Positions 44,704-55,990 of a stretch of DNA of 64,000 nucleotides are shown here, piece by piece. Positions within the stretch are counted from its first letter, which is position 1; each line of letters starts with the position of its first letter. Below the pieces are notes generated by a model. It did not search any database. It was not told the DNA's origin and saw nothing but the letters and a program-made list of their open reading frames with translations. Origin of the DNA: Hyaloraphidium curvatum SAG 235-1 (taxonomy: Eukaryota; Fungi; Monoblepharomycota); the NCBI GenBank assembly GCA_025558095.1, contig JAIVFI010000040.1, positions 248,001 to 312,000 of the forward strand, in the 5' to 3' direction. The position numbers and the translations under genes are program-made.

Positions 44704-46229
44704 ACCTCCGTAGTTCACATGTCTGTCACAGTGTGCGGGGCTTGAGCCGCGCTTTCCTGCCCACATCGGGCAGCGGCCAGAAAGGATCGATCGAGGATCT
44801 TTGGAGGCGGTCCCCTCCGGGGCGCCTGAGGCGTCCCCTGGCCCACCGCCCGACAAACCATCTCCTTCGTCGCCATGTGATGCTCACGGCACGTCGTGCA
44901 CGCAGGGAAGCGGAGCTCCCTTTGGTCGGCGGGGTGGGGTGCAGTGCGCATCGGCGAGGGCGCCCGGCCTCGCCTGGCCGCGCGGACAACTAGCCCCCGG
45001 CCCCCGCTTAAGCTGCTGTTGAACCTCCGTAGCTCAATGGCAGAGCGTGTAAGACTTTTAGCCGCGGTTTCCTGCCCCTCTGGGGCGGCAGCCGGAAAGG
45101 ATCGATCGAGGATCGGCCGAGGCGCTCCCCTCCGGCGCGCCTGAGGCGTCCCCTGGCCCACCGCCCGACGAACCATCTCCTTCGTCGCCATGTGATGCTC
45201 ACGGCGCGTCGTGCACGCAGGGAAGCGGAGCTCCCTTTGGTCGGCGGGGTGGGGTGCAGTGCGCATCGGCGAGGGCGCCCGGCCTCGCCTGGCCGCGCGG
45301 ACAACTAGCCCCCGGCCCCCGCTTAAGCTGCTGTTGAACCTCCGTAGCTCAATGGCAGAGCGTGTAAGACTTTTAGCCGCGGTTTCCTGCCCCTCTGGGG
45401 CGGCAGCCGGAAAGGATCGATCGAGGATCGGCCGAGGCGGTCCCCTCCGGCGCGCCTGAGGCGTCCCCTGGCCCACCGCCCGACAAACCATCTCCTTCGT
45501 CGCCATGTGATGCTCACGGCACGTCGTGCACGCAGGGAAGCGGAGCTCCCTTTGGTCGGCGGGGTGGGGTGCAGTGCGCCTCGGCGAGGGCGCCCGGCCT
45601 CGCCTGGCCGCGCGGACAACTAGCCCCCGGCCCCCGCTTAAGCTGCTGTTGAACCTCCGTAGCTCAATGGCAGAGCGTGTAAGACTTTTAGCCGCGGTTT
45701 CCTGCCCCTCTGGGGCGGCAGCCGGAAAGGATCGATCGAGGATCGGCCGAGGCGGTCCCCTCCGGCGCGCCTGAGGCGTCCCCTGGCCCACCGCCCGACA
45801 AACCATCTCCTTCGTCGCCATGTGATGCTCACGGCACGTCGTGCACGCAGGGAAGCGGAGCTCCCTTTGGTCGGCGGGGTGGGGTGCAGTGCGCCTCGGC
45901 GAGGGCGCCCGGCCTCGCCTGGCCGCGCGGACAACTAGCCCCCGGCCCCCGCTTAAGCTGCTGTTGAACCTCCGTAGCTCAATGGCAGAGCGTGTAAGAC
46001 TTTTAGCCGCGGTTTCCTGCCCCTCTGGGGCGGCAGCCGGAAAGGATCGATCGAGGATCGGCCGAGGCGGTCCCCTCCGGCGCGCCTGAGGCGTCCCCTG
46101 GCCCACCGCCCGACAAACCATCTCCTTCGTCGCCATGTGATGCTCACGGCGCGTCGTGCACGCAGGGAAGCGGAGCTCCCTTTGGTCGGCGGGGTGGGGT
46201 GCAGTGCGCATCGGCGAGGGCGCCCGGCC
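44704..46229 (+). repeat. 315-bp tandem array (~4.8 copies), each unit headed by a tRNA-Lys(UUU) pseudogene
   Basis: Near-identical units with ACCTCCGTAGCTCAATGGCAGAGCGTGTAAGACTTTTA at 45023, 45338, 45653 and 45968; diverged first unit at 44704. Confidence 0.95.
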
Positions 46230-48000
46230 ACCAAGGCGATCTCCCTGCCATCCTCTGCGTAGCTATCCTCGTCCTCCTCGTCATCCTCTCCTTCATCCGA
46301 TTCCTCGTCCTCCGCGTGATTATGTGTCCTCCATCGTCGGGTGCCTCTGTTTCAACACGAACTTCGAAAGCCTGTATCATCTGCGCAGAATAGAGTCAGC
46401 TGCTGGTGGCAATGTCAATCCGGAGATGGACTGACCTCGTTGTACTGGTCCACTGTAAACGAAAGGTTACACGGGTGCGATGCGGCCGAGCTGGCTGGGG
46501 TGAGGAGCAACGGCCGAGGCTGCGAGACCGAAAAGGAGGGGGCAAAGAACGCTGTGAACTGGGACTCCGTTAACAACACCACCGGCCACCCCGTTCCCAC
46601 GTACGTTCTAAGGAGATTGGCGAGGGCTCGAGAGCGGGAAGGCCGTCTGGTGGAGCATCCCTCGCGTTGATGACCACCACAGATCACAATGTGCTGGAAC
46701 ACCTGCCTTCGTCAGATTCCGCTTCGCCTGTACCGTCCACCTCTGTTGGGCCACGTAACCCACCCTGGTAGTCGGAGCCATCGGAAACATGGATGCTAGG
46801 CTGGTCATCGTGATCGATGCTGTGAATCTTGCCGGGCAAGATGTGCAAGCTGACTCTTGCTGTTGGCACAGACACTGGATATTGATGCTCCGGCTCAGGA
46901 AGCTATTTTTCAGCGTGATTATGATCGATGTTGGGATTGATTCCTGGCTTCCTTGTCGTTAAGTGCCGTATTCACGGCCTCCAATACTGCCTCTCGCAGG
47001 CAACGTTACCAGAATCTCGATGTGCCCCAGATTTTCATTCTTGCTGCATTGAACGTGGAGAAATTATCAACCAAAGGCCTACGATGCAATCGAAGAAGGC
47101 GTGCGGCACCAATCAAGACACCTAGATGGGATGGTAGCTTAGACTTTCGAAGCACATCGTTAGTTTTCCTAGCTTGACCATGACATCTGCCACTATTTCT
47201 GCCATTGATGTGGACCATCCACACAATGATACGGCAGAATCGAGCATCGGGAGGCCTGGTCCGTGTTTGATGCACTGGCTCTCCCGTAACGGCACTGACG
47301 GGAACGGGTTCGAGCCGTGTGGCGAAATGCGTGACGCACGAAGCAGCATGGCAAGGGACATGCAATGAAGATTCGGTTACTGCACTAGCGTGTGATCTTC
47401 GTGGTCAACGGGCCCATGTGAATGTGTCGGCGGGGCGGTATGCATGAGTGAGGAGCAAGAATGGAACACGTCAAGCCTGTCAGCATCGCCGCTATGATCC
47501 CATCGCGTATCCACACTCCGGAAACTGGACAATCATGGCACCTGCTTTGTTTTCCGTGTCATCGCTTTCTTTCTCACGCCCGTGGCGTCCGTAGATTGAA
47601 GCGCGGCGATCCTTGTAAAGGGAATCCGCCCCGAGACCCTGACCGCCAGGGCCCATCGTCATCGCCGTTCCACGGCCATCGCGCGGCCGTCCCGCACTCG
47701 ACGCCGCGCGCGAAAGATGCCTCGCAACAGCGATGGCAACTCGAGCAGGCGACGGGTTCGGAACGCGGCACGGGCCGCGCGGGGACACCCCTCCCACATC
47801 GTCCAGGCGCGCAACTCGGGCGGCGGCCACGGCCGCCCTAACGCGCGCCAGACTGCGGTGTCATCCTCCGCCGGCCCGTCGTCGGCCGGTCCGTCCGCAG
47901 GTTCGTCATCGCGCACTCAGGCGGCCGAGGCGCCGCGGCCTTCGTGGGGACCGGACGCAATGCGCGGGATGCCCGCCGCCCATTCGGGCTAATGTCTGGC
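46230..48000 (-). pseudogene. Decayed gene or mobile-element relic, lower GC in 46230-47460
   Basis: Fragmented minus-strand frames with an intron-like GTCAGT..CTGAC..CAG (46381-46435) and an acidic stretch EDEESDEGEDDEEDED truncated at the array edge; family not recognised. Confidence 0.35.
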
Positions 48001-48157
48001 ACGAACCTCTTCTATTTCTGTCTGCCACGCGTCCGGGCCAAACGGCGTGGGCGCGCCTCTTCCGTGGGTGTTGCAGCGACAGTTTAGATCGCCCACTCTG
48101 AACAAACCGGAAGCTAGCGGTTATATCGGCCTACAACGCCTCTAAAGGAAAGTCTGG

Positions 48158-48253
48158 ACCTTCGTAGCTCAATTGGTTAGCAGCGTGTGACTTTTAAATA
48201 GGCTTGTCCCTTAAGAGATCACAAGGCTGGGGGTTCGAGTCCCCCCGAAGGTG
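48158..48253 (+). tRNA. tRNA-Lys(UUU) with 21-nt intron (48197-48217)
   Basis: Acceptor ACCTTCG/CGAAGGT, anticodon stem TGTGA/TCACA with loop CT-TTT-A|A, T arm GGGGG-TTCGAGT-CCCCC, oligo-T terminator ~48260; D stem slightly irregular. Confidence 0.9.
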
Positions 48254-48375
48254 TTTCAGTTTTTCTTGACAGGGCATGCAGTCATCAATTTTTGCTTCTC
48301 TTCCAACGCTCTCTGGATGCTGCCGGCCAGGTTAACGCTCGAAGCTGGTTAGCAACCAAAGGCGTGAGGAAATTC

Positions 48376-48471
48376 AGAGCGTGTGACTTTTAGCCGCATT
48401 TCCTGCATATTGGAGCGTTCACCCGGCGAGAGGTTATCACAAGGCTCCGGGTTCGAGACCCGGCGGGGGTG
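48376..48471 (+). pseudogene. 5'-truncated tRNA-Lys(UUU) with 43-nt intron
   Basis: AGAGC-GTGTGA-CTTTTA[intron 48393-48435]ATCACA-AGGCT-CCGGG-TTCGAGA-CCCGG-CGGGGGT-G; the 5' acceptor strand and most of the D arm are missing. Confidence 0.8.
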
Positions 48472-48490
48472 CACTATTTGTTTTCCCTTC

Positions 48491-48734
48491 GCCCGGCGTC
48501 ACTTTTGCTTCTTTTGTCGACGCTCCTGTTGGGTGCGCACTCCGTTGGGTGCTGCGCACCCAACGTCCTTCTAGGTGAGCGCCCGACCTGGTGAGCACCC
48601 AGCGGTGAGAGGACAAGGCCGCGGGCCGAGCCCCGCCGGGTGCGGATTCGTTCTCCAGTCGCCCAGCATCACTTTTGCTTCGTTTGTTCAACGCTCCGTC
48701 GTGTGCGCTGCGCACCCAACGTCGCTCTAGGTGA
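48491..48734. repeat. Two diverged ~80-nt direct repeats, the first with a 12-bp hairpin
   Basis: 48491-48578 vs 48661-48734; GTTGGGTGCGCA (48528-48539) / TGCGCACCCAAC (48553-48564). Confidence 0.8.
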
Positions 48735-49162
48735 AAGTCCAGGGTAGTGGGAGAAGGAACGCTAGCTACAGAACTCGATGCCGCCGTGCCATCCAGGATG
48801 CCACATACGAAGCTGTCATCATCTGACGATGAAGATTGAGGGATGAGAGCGCCGATTTGGATCGCGTGGTGCTGATGGGACAAGGTGTGACACAAGGGCA
48901 GTCAGCGGCGCCTACCCCGCCCAAACCTCATTCAACCCCGAAGCCGTTCATTCCGGACCATAGTTCGGCATCCTGCCAACTACTTTGACGTCGAATACGT
49001 CCTGGAGTTTTCGGCCGCGGCCGCCTCCACGGTGGAGGCGGGTGCGGCCTGCGGCGGGCCCAGCCCCGTCACTCGTCATTGATTCTCCCGCAGCGGATCT
49101 TCCGCCGACCCAACAAAAACGCGTTGCCGCAGCTGCAGCCCAGAGACGACCCGCAGACACAC

Positions 49163-51344
49163 ATGCGCCTCACTCGTGCTCTCATTGCTACCCTCGTGGC
49201 CGGGGCGCTGCTCCTTGCGGTGGCCGCGGCGGCGCCGTCGCGCGGAGAAGCGGCCGCGCCCCGCCGCGCAGAACCAGGCAGCGACCTCGCGGCCGCGCTG
49301 GACGCGCCGGTCGCGCCCGGCGGGCACCGCTTGGATGTGCGGCAGGCGAAGAGCACGTCCCGCCGGCGGCGCACGACAACGAAGCGGAAGCGCCGCACGA
49401 CGACGAAGAAGCGACGCACCTCCACCAAGCGGCGCAAGACGACGACGCGTCGCAGGCAGACCACCGTCCGCGCGTTTTCTTCGACCTCGACCGCGGCGCC
49501 TTTCACGCGGACGGTGCCCGTGCGCCCGACGACCACCCGGACGCTGCCCCGCCCCACGATGGCGCGGGCTCCCCCGTCCTACCTCAGCCCCCAGCAATAC
49601 GCGATGATCCAGAAGACCTTCGTTGCTCCGACGTGGAACCCACTGCTCTACATCCCCGAGCCCAGCAAGTACACGATCAGGCCGCCGCCCCGGACGCTCC
49701 GGCCGCCGTGGCTCACAAAGTGGACCAGCACGACCTCGCGCACGCGGACCACCACCGTGACAAAGACGGCCACGCGTACGAGCACCACGAGGACCACGAC
49801 GCTGCCGCCGGATGCGCCGGGTTACGTGCCCAAGAACTGCCTCCCCGCGGACCCGAATGTGAACCCCACGCTCCTGGACTGCTTCATCACCTCTATCCCC
49901 TCGCTACGCTACACCATCATGTTCTATTTCTGGGACGCACCCGGTTCGAGCACCTCCTCCCCGCGCTACTTTGACGCGACGGGCTCCACGGCCATGACCG
50001 CTGCGGAGAAGCAGGACGTGCGGACGGCCTTCCGGCACGCCTGGAACTGGCTTTCGGTGGGGTCGACGGACTACGCCAACAAGCCGTATCCGGGCTGGAC
50101 GACCAACCTGACCGTGGGCGGCAACATCGCCAAGGTTCTCCCCAACGGCGGCGCGGAGACGCTCTGGGACCAGACCGACCAGGCCTGGCCGTGGTTTTGC
50201 GCGCAGGTCGGCCATGCCTACGCCGTCGAGATCCTCGGCCTCGTCCCTTGGACCCTCCGGAGCCTCCCGTATCAGGCCATCCAGAATACCATCACGGGGA
50301 ACATGATGTACATCCACCAGAGCGGCCCGGGGGACGCCATCTTGCCCTATGGTCACCAGGCCCGGAGCCCGGACACCAGTCCCGCCCACCCGGCCTACAT
50401 CTGGACGTGGTTGCAGAGCATTGGCGTCCTGGCCGCCATCAAAACCGCCGCGGACAAGCAGGATGCTCAGGTCAAGGCGATTGCCAAGGTCTTGGACTGG
50501 GGAAGGTGGCACATGGCCCACTTCATGGGGCACCTGTCGTCCTGGGAGAACTACAACTACTACTGGGGATTGCGGAAGCCGGCCGCCGGACAGATCATCG
50601 AAGGCACGGTGGTACGTGGTCGCTCGTGCTTCCGTCTCCCCGGAAACGTCGATTAGTAACCTGCCGGCCCGCCAGTCCACGGAGCCGATGCTCGCCTACC
50701 TCAACAACACAAAGTTCGGCTGGACTGCGGGCTGCTTCGGGACCTCGGCCTTTCTCCAGCACGTCATCCGCCCCCTCAACATCCCCGTCGACAATTTCGC
50801 CGACATCGACAAGACTTGCAGCCACTTCACGGTCCATTTCCCCTCGATCGACGCCTACCTCACCCACGGCGACGACCCGTACGCGGACACGTGGGGTGTC
50901 GGCCCCTACGTCGCCCCTGCCGAGCTCCTCCTCGTGCCCGGCAGCCAGTGGCAGTCTTGGTTCGGCGTCGACCGGGCCACCTCGTGCCGCAACGTGGGCC
51001 GCCGCCCGATGGACCTGCAGACCGTGTTCGGGTACCCCTCGCTGCGGACCTTCACCCGGTACTGCTACGACCACCAGCGCGGGATGGGAGCCGACGCCGG
51101 CCCTGACGCGCTTCGGGACGGATCGGTGATCAACTCGTTCATGTACTACGACAACCCCACAGCGACGTACAAGCGGCACTACGAGCCCGAGGAGCTGCTG
51201 GCGAACGGGTTCTACTCGATGCTGGAGACCTACAGGACCACGATCGGGGGGTGCCAGGACTGGTGGTGCTGGGACAGCCAGTGCAGCGACGGGTCCATGA
51301 AGTGCGCGGCGTGCATGAAGACGTTCGTGCCTCCGGGGCCTTGA
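49163..51344 (+). CDS. Secreted protein: signal peptide, Arg/Lys/Thr-rich tract, transglutaminase-like C-terminal domain
   Basis: MRLTRALIATLVAGALLLAVAAA; KSTSRRRRTTTKRKRRTTTKKRR; after intron 50612-50675, WTAGCFGTSAFL..RPLNIP..CSHF..HGDDPY. Confidence 0.75.
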
Positions 51345-52045
51345 ACTTGAAAAAGTACAGCAGTGGTGCATCGTAGAGGTAGTCTAATGTGCCCGGGATA
51401 CCAATTTGATGGAAATTGGCGCAACGAATGTGCCCCGGGCTAGCCAGGTGAAGGAACGGGTTGGCCGTCAGAGTTAACCTCATGTACGGAAAACACATCG
51501 CCAAGCAAGCTTGAGAAGCACATTCGTCTGAAGACCCTAGGAAAGGTATCGATCGCCGTCAGCCGGACTTGATCTCGGAACGGGGCCGCCGGTGCCAATC
51601 AGAGCCAAGCGCGGATCCTCGTCCTCCCTCGAGCGGGTGGATGCGGTCACCACGATGATGTTTGGCGTCCGTCGGCCGTCCTCGAAACTCAATCTTTCGG
51701 AGCCGCGGGCGGGCCTTGAGTCAACCGCCCGCCACCCGCCTACTTCGGCCGCATACGTGCCTCGGCCAGCGACCCGCCGCGCAGGCCGGACCCTTGCTCG
51801 AGGTTCGTACGGTGCACGGCAAAGTGCCCCGATTTGCCGCGGTGCGTCGTGCATGTGCCGCGATACACGGGGGTTGGATCGGCCATGCGCGGCCAAGCGG
51901 CGCTGACGCACCGCCCCCACCTGCGTCCTTCGGGTCCAACGCCCTTGGGACCGGCATTAGGCTCGCACAGGACCGCAACCAGACACCAGCAGCGCCAGCA
52001 TCGACACCGGCGCTTTCGCGACAGGATTTCCCGCACGGAACGGAC

Positions 52046-52543
52046 ATGCGCCCGCCGCGCTCGCCGCGCCCCGACGGCGAGGGCAGCCCCGCCGCCGACG
52101 CCCTCTTCCTCGACGCCGTCGCGGCCTCGCGCGCCGACCCCTCCCCGCCTCCTCCCCCTCCCGACCCGCCCTCGTGGGACCCCGCCTTGCCCGCGGGCTC
52201 GGGCGACCCGGAGCTGAGCTTCACGTCCATCACGGACAGCGCGGCGTCGACGGACCTGTCGTGCGCGACGACGGCGTCGCTGGCGCCCACGCGGCGGCTT
52301 GCGTTCGGCCCGCTGGGGGAGTACGGCATGCGCAGCTTGCCCCGCGGCGCGGCGGCGCCCCTGAAGAGGAAGCCCGCGGGTCCCGGGGCGGTGCCCAAGC
52401 GGCGCAAGGGGGAGGCGATGGGGGTGCTGGCGCCCAACGGGATGATCGGGGAGGGGCCGTCGGTGTTTCCGGACCTGAAGAGGTACTGGGGCGGGCAGCA
52501 GGGGGCGGCGGATCGGGCGGGAGCGGGGGGGACGGTGGCATGA
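52046..52543 (+). CDS. Hypothetical disordered protein with bipartite NLS-like motif
   Basis: 165-aa ORF with coding-like GC3; LKRKP..PKRRK. Confidence 0.5.
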   Translation: MRPPRSPRPDGEGSPAADALFLDAVAASRADPSPPPPPPDPPSWDPALPAGSGDPELSFTSITDSAASTDLSCATTASLAPTRRLAFGPLGEYGMRSLPRGAAAPLKRKPAGPGAVPKRRKGEAMGVLAPNGMIGEGPSVFPDLKRYWGGQQGAADRAGAGGTVA

Positions 52544-53432
52544 GGCCGGCCGGGAGGGCAGCCAGAGAGGAAGGATGATGGGTTGACGGGGAGTTCGTAG
52601 GTCTGCATAGTGTACATTTGCCATTTTCGTTGCGTTCGCGGTACAGTACATCGGGATCTTCAGCATTTTGGCTACCTTCGACAACGCAGCCTTCCGGTCC
52701 CTTTTCGGGATTATTCTGTCGACGAGCGAAGGGCCCTTTCTCCATAGCTGGCCTTTGTAGCGCACGTCGATCGGCGCCGTCTTCCACAAGCCCGCTTCGG
52801 GGTGGCGCGGGTCACACCCCTTTTGGGACCGCCACGCGAAATGAGGGACTGACCACGCGACGGACCTGGCTTGGCGATCGGGCCTGCGACCGGCATGAAC
52901 GATGTGTCTCGTCCATAAATGTGCTGGTAACTCTTCCCCTTCGCATTCGCTGCCGCCGTCCGGGTCTGCGCGCGAGGCCTGCTTCTTCGGGCGCCGTACA
53001 GAAGCCAAAAAGCCGCCAGGCGCACCGCACACCGTGATCCTCCATCACCCCGCCGTCCACACGAAAACCGAATATATAAATCGGAAAAATACTTTCGGAT
53101 GTCGAGGGAGGCCGAGGGATGGGCCAGAGGTCGTCCTCTCCCGGCCGATCTCTGCGGGGCGCCCCCGACCCAATGGACCCGATCCACGCCTTCCGGGCAG
53201 CGCATCGCGGCTCCCGGGCGCCCCGCCACCTTTTCCCTGCCGCATCCGGCCGGAATTCCGGCCGCGCGTCTGGTGCTGTGCGGTTGCTGGGGACCCAGCG
53301 GCCCCCGCTTTGGACTCAGCAAAGCTCCAGGGCTGCTCCGCCGCAAAAGCGCCTGCCGCCAGAACCCCGTGCCACGCATCGTCCCCCGAACACATCTCTA
53401 GACCGCTCCCCCCACATCCAGACCCCGCGACA

Positions 53433-55921
53433 ATGCACCCGATGAGCGCGCAGCTCGCGTCGGCGGGCGGCTCCGCGGCGGACGCCCTGCACGGCGGCCA
53501 GCCGGCGCTTGTGCTGCAGCCCGACGTGTACGCGCAGCTCGCGAAGCTGCTCGGCCTCGAGCCGGCCGCCGCCGCGCTGCCGGTGCCCGCCGCGTTCCCC
53601 GTCTTCTCGGCCGCCGGCGCGCTGATCCCCGGCCTGCTGACCGACGGCCTCGGCAACTTCTGGCAGGTCGTCGAGGACGCCGCGGACGAGGTGCCCGACG
53701 ACCCGCTCAACACGCGGGAGCTCGAGGTGGCAAAGGGCGCAGACGCGCTGCTCGACCAGCTGCTGGCTGGCTACCCGGACGTGCTCGGCGACGTCGCGCA
53801 GGCGCCCGCCTGGGTCGACAAGTTCGGCGCACCGCACGGCTCGGCGTCCGCAGGCTCCGGCTCGCCCACCGCCTACTCGCCCGCCTCGTCGGCCGTCGAC
53901 GCCGCCTCGCCGGCCTCGTACGCCGACATCGACTGGGACGTCTACCGCTCCGACGAGATCGACTTTGCCCCCGCCTCGATCGGCTCGGCAGCCTCGGGCG
54001 CCACGCTGGCGCACTTCGACGCCGTCAAGACCCGCCCCGCCGCCATGTACCCGCAGGCCGTGCACGCCGTGCACCAGGAGGTCGCCGCCTACGCTGTCGA
54101 CGGCACCGCCCCCGCGATGTCGAGCATCGACGGCCTCTACGAGAGCGTCGACACGGCCGCCTTCTTCGCCTCGCTGGGCGGCCAGGCCCGCCAGCCCGCC
54201 CCCGCCCCCGCGTGCGGCCCGCTCGGCCACTCGCACGCGCACGCCCACGCGCACCGCAACCCCCTGAGCACCATCTCGCACCCGTCCCTCTCGGGCTCCC
54301 CGGACCGCTCCGACCGCGCCAGCCCCCCGCGCGACGACGTCAGCTACCCCTGCCCCGTCCCCGGCTGCCCGGCCTCGTTCCGGTGCGCCTCGCGCGGGGT
54401 GGTGTACTCGGCCGCGCGCATGCAGCTGCTCTACTCGGACTCGGTGGCCGCGGACAGGCTCGGCACGGGGGACGAGGACGGCGAGGTGGTGAGCGACAGG
54501 GACTGCGAGTTTGTCAGGCACCTGTTTGCCGAGCACGAGGCCGAGCTGAGCAGCAAGTGGGTTGCATGCGGGTCCCGCGCGCGCGTCGCACTCTCTGACG
54601 CACCACGTTCCTCCGCAGGGAACCCAACCCCAAGACCGCCCGCCCCGAAAAGACGTGGCGCTGCCCCCTCTGCGCCTACCGCAGCAAGAAGTGCAACGTC
54701 GAGGCGCACATGCTCTCGGCGGGCAGCGGCCACCACCCCGCCAAGCACCTCTACTGCGCCGCCTGCCACGGCGCCGACGGCCGCACCGTGTGGCTGTACA
54801 ACTACCAGAGCGCCGTGAACCACTTCGAGGAGCGGCACGGGGTCAGGGTCGGCAAGCGCGGGCCGGGGAGGCGGAAGGAGACGGTCAAGGGGGAGGGCAG
54901 GGTGAGGCGGGTCGAGGTGGCGCCCGGCAGGGGGCGCAGGGAGGCGGGCAGGCAGTGGGAGGCGCCCGGCGAGGTCGACGGCGAGGTCGATGGTGAGCTG
55001 CGGCGTGGGTTCGCTTTCGTTGTGCACCCGCTGACCGTCCCGGCCCCTGCAGACGAAGCCGGGCCCGCGCCGACCTACAAGCCCATCCTCCCTCGGCCCC
55101 CCTTCCCCGCCGGCTTCTCCTTCCCCGACCTCGACCCCGCCTCGCTCTCTGTCCGCGAGGCCGGCGAGGTCCCCCCCGCCGTCGAGCCCGCGGAGCTGCT
55201 CCCCGCGCCCGGCCCCGAAGGCGCGGGCTGGTTCGTCAGCCCGCGGTGGATGGTGCTCGAGGACGGCCGCGCGGTGCAGGTGGTCGCCGATGCCGCCGAG
55301 CCCAAGCCCAGGGAAGGCGGCCCGGCGAGGATCGTCAGGCCGGGGAGGGCGAGCGGTGTGCAGGCGCTCGGCGAGTTTGCGGAGCCGTTCGAGATCGAGG
55401 GCGCCAGGTTCGAGGCGCTCGAGGGCGAGGAGGAGGTCAAGGTCAAGAGCGAGCCCGGGACCGAGGCCGAGGAGCAACCCGCTGCACCCGCGCCCACGCC
55501 TGCCGCGGCCCCGGCGCCATCGAGGACCTCGTCCGCCGCGCCGCCGCCGGCACCGACGCCCACTGCCGCCCCCGCGCCCGTGCCCGAGGTCGACGAGCTG
55601 GCCGGCCAGCTCGAGGCGCTGGACATCGCCACCCCTCCCGCCCCGCTCGCCTCCTCGCGGCTCTCCGAGGTCGCGCAGATGCTCGACGGCCTCGGGGGCG
55701 AGCAGCTCGCGGCGCTGGGCAAGTTCCTGGACTCGCTGAGGGACGGCGTGCGCCGTGCCGAGGGCAAGCTCGCGGCAACGCAGCAGCAGGCGGACAACGC
55801 CTCGGTGGTGCAGCTGCTCGAGATGGGGTTCGACCATGCGGATGCGGTGGCTGCGCTGGCGAGGTGCGGCGGCGATGCGGGGAGGGCGGTGGAGGATCTG
55901 CTGAGCAGGGGGGCCGAGTGA
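53433..55921 (+). CDS. C2H2 zinc-finger protein with C-terminal UBA domain
   Basis: YPCPVPGC..HLFAEH, WRCPLC..H, YCAAC..NHFEERH; UBA-like QLLEMGF..AVAALARCGGDAGRAVEDLL; two introns. Confidence 0.75.
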
Positions 55922-55990
55922 AGAGTCTTGCCATTTTGTTGCCGCGCGGAAGCGATTAAACATTTACGCCTGCCGAGACTTCGCACCGCC

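Noticed and set aside
44715-46211. 498-aa minus-strand ORF with 105-aa repeats
   Set aside because: By-product of a 315-nt (multiple of 3) GC-rich unit that is tRNA-derived on the plus strand; no protein-like features.
44704-46229. CRISPR array or 5S rDNA array
   Set aside because: No unique spacers or cas genes, eukaryotic context, and no recognisable 5S sequence.
48376-48900. Circularly permuted tRNA gene
   Set aside because: No 5' acceptor/D-arm segment was found downstream of the 3' portion.
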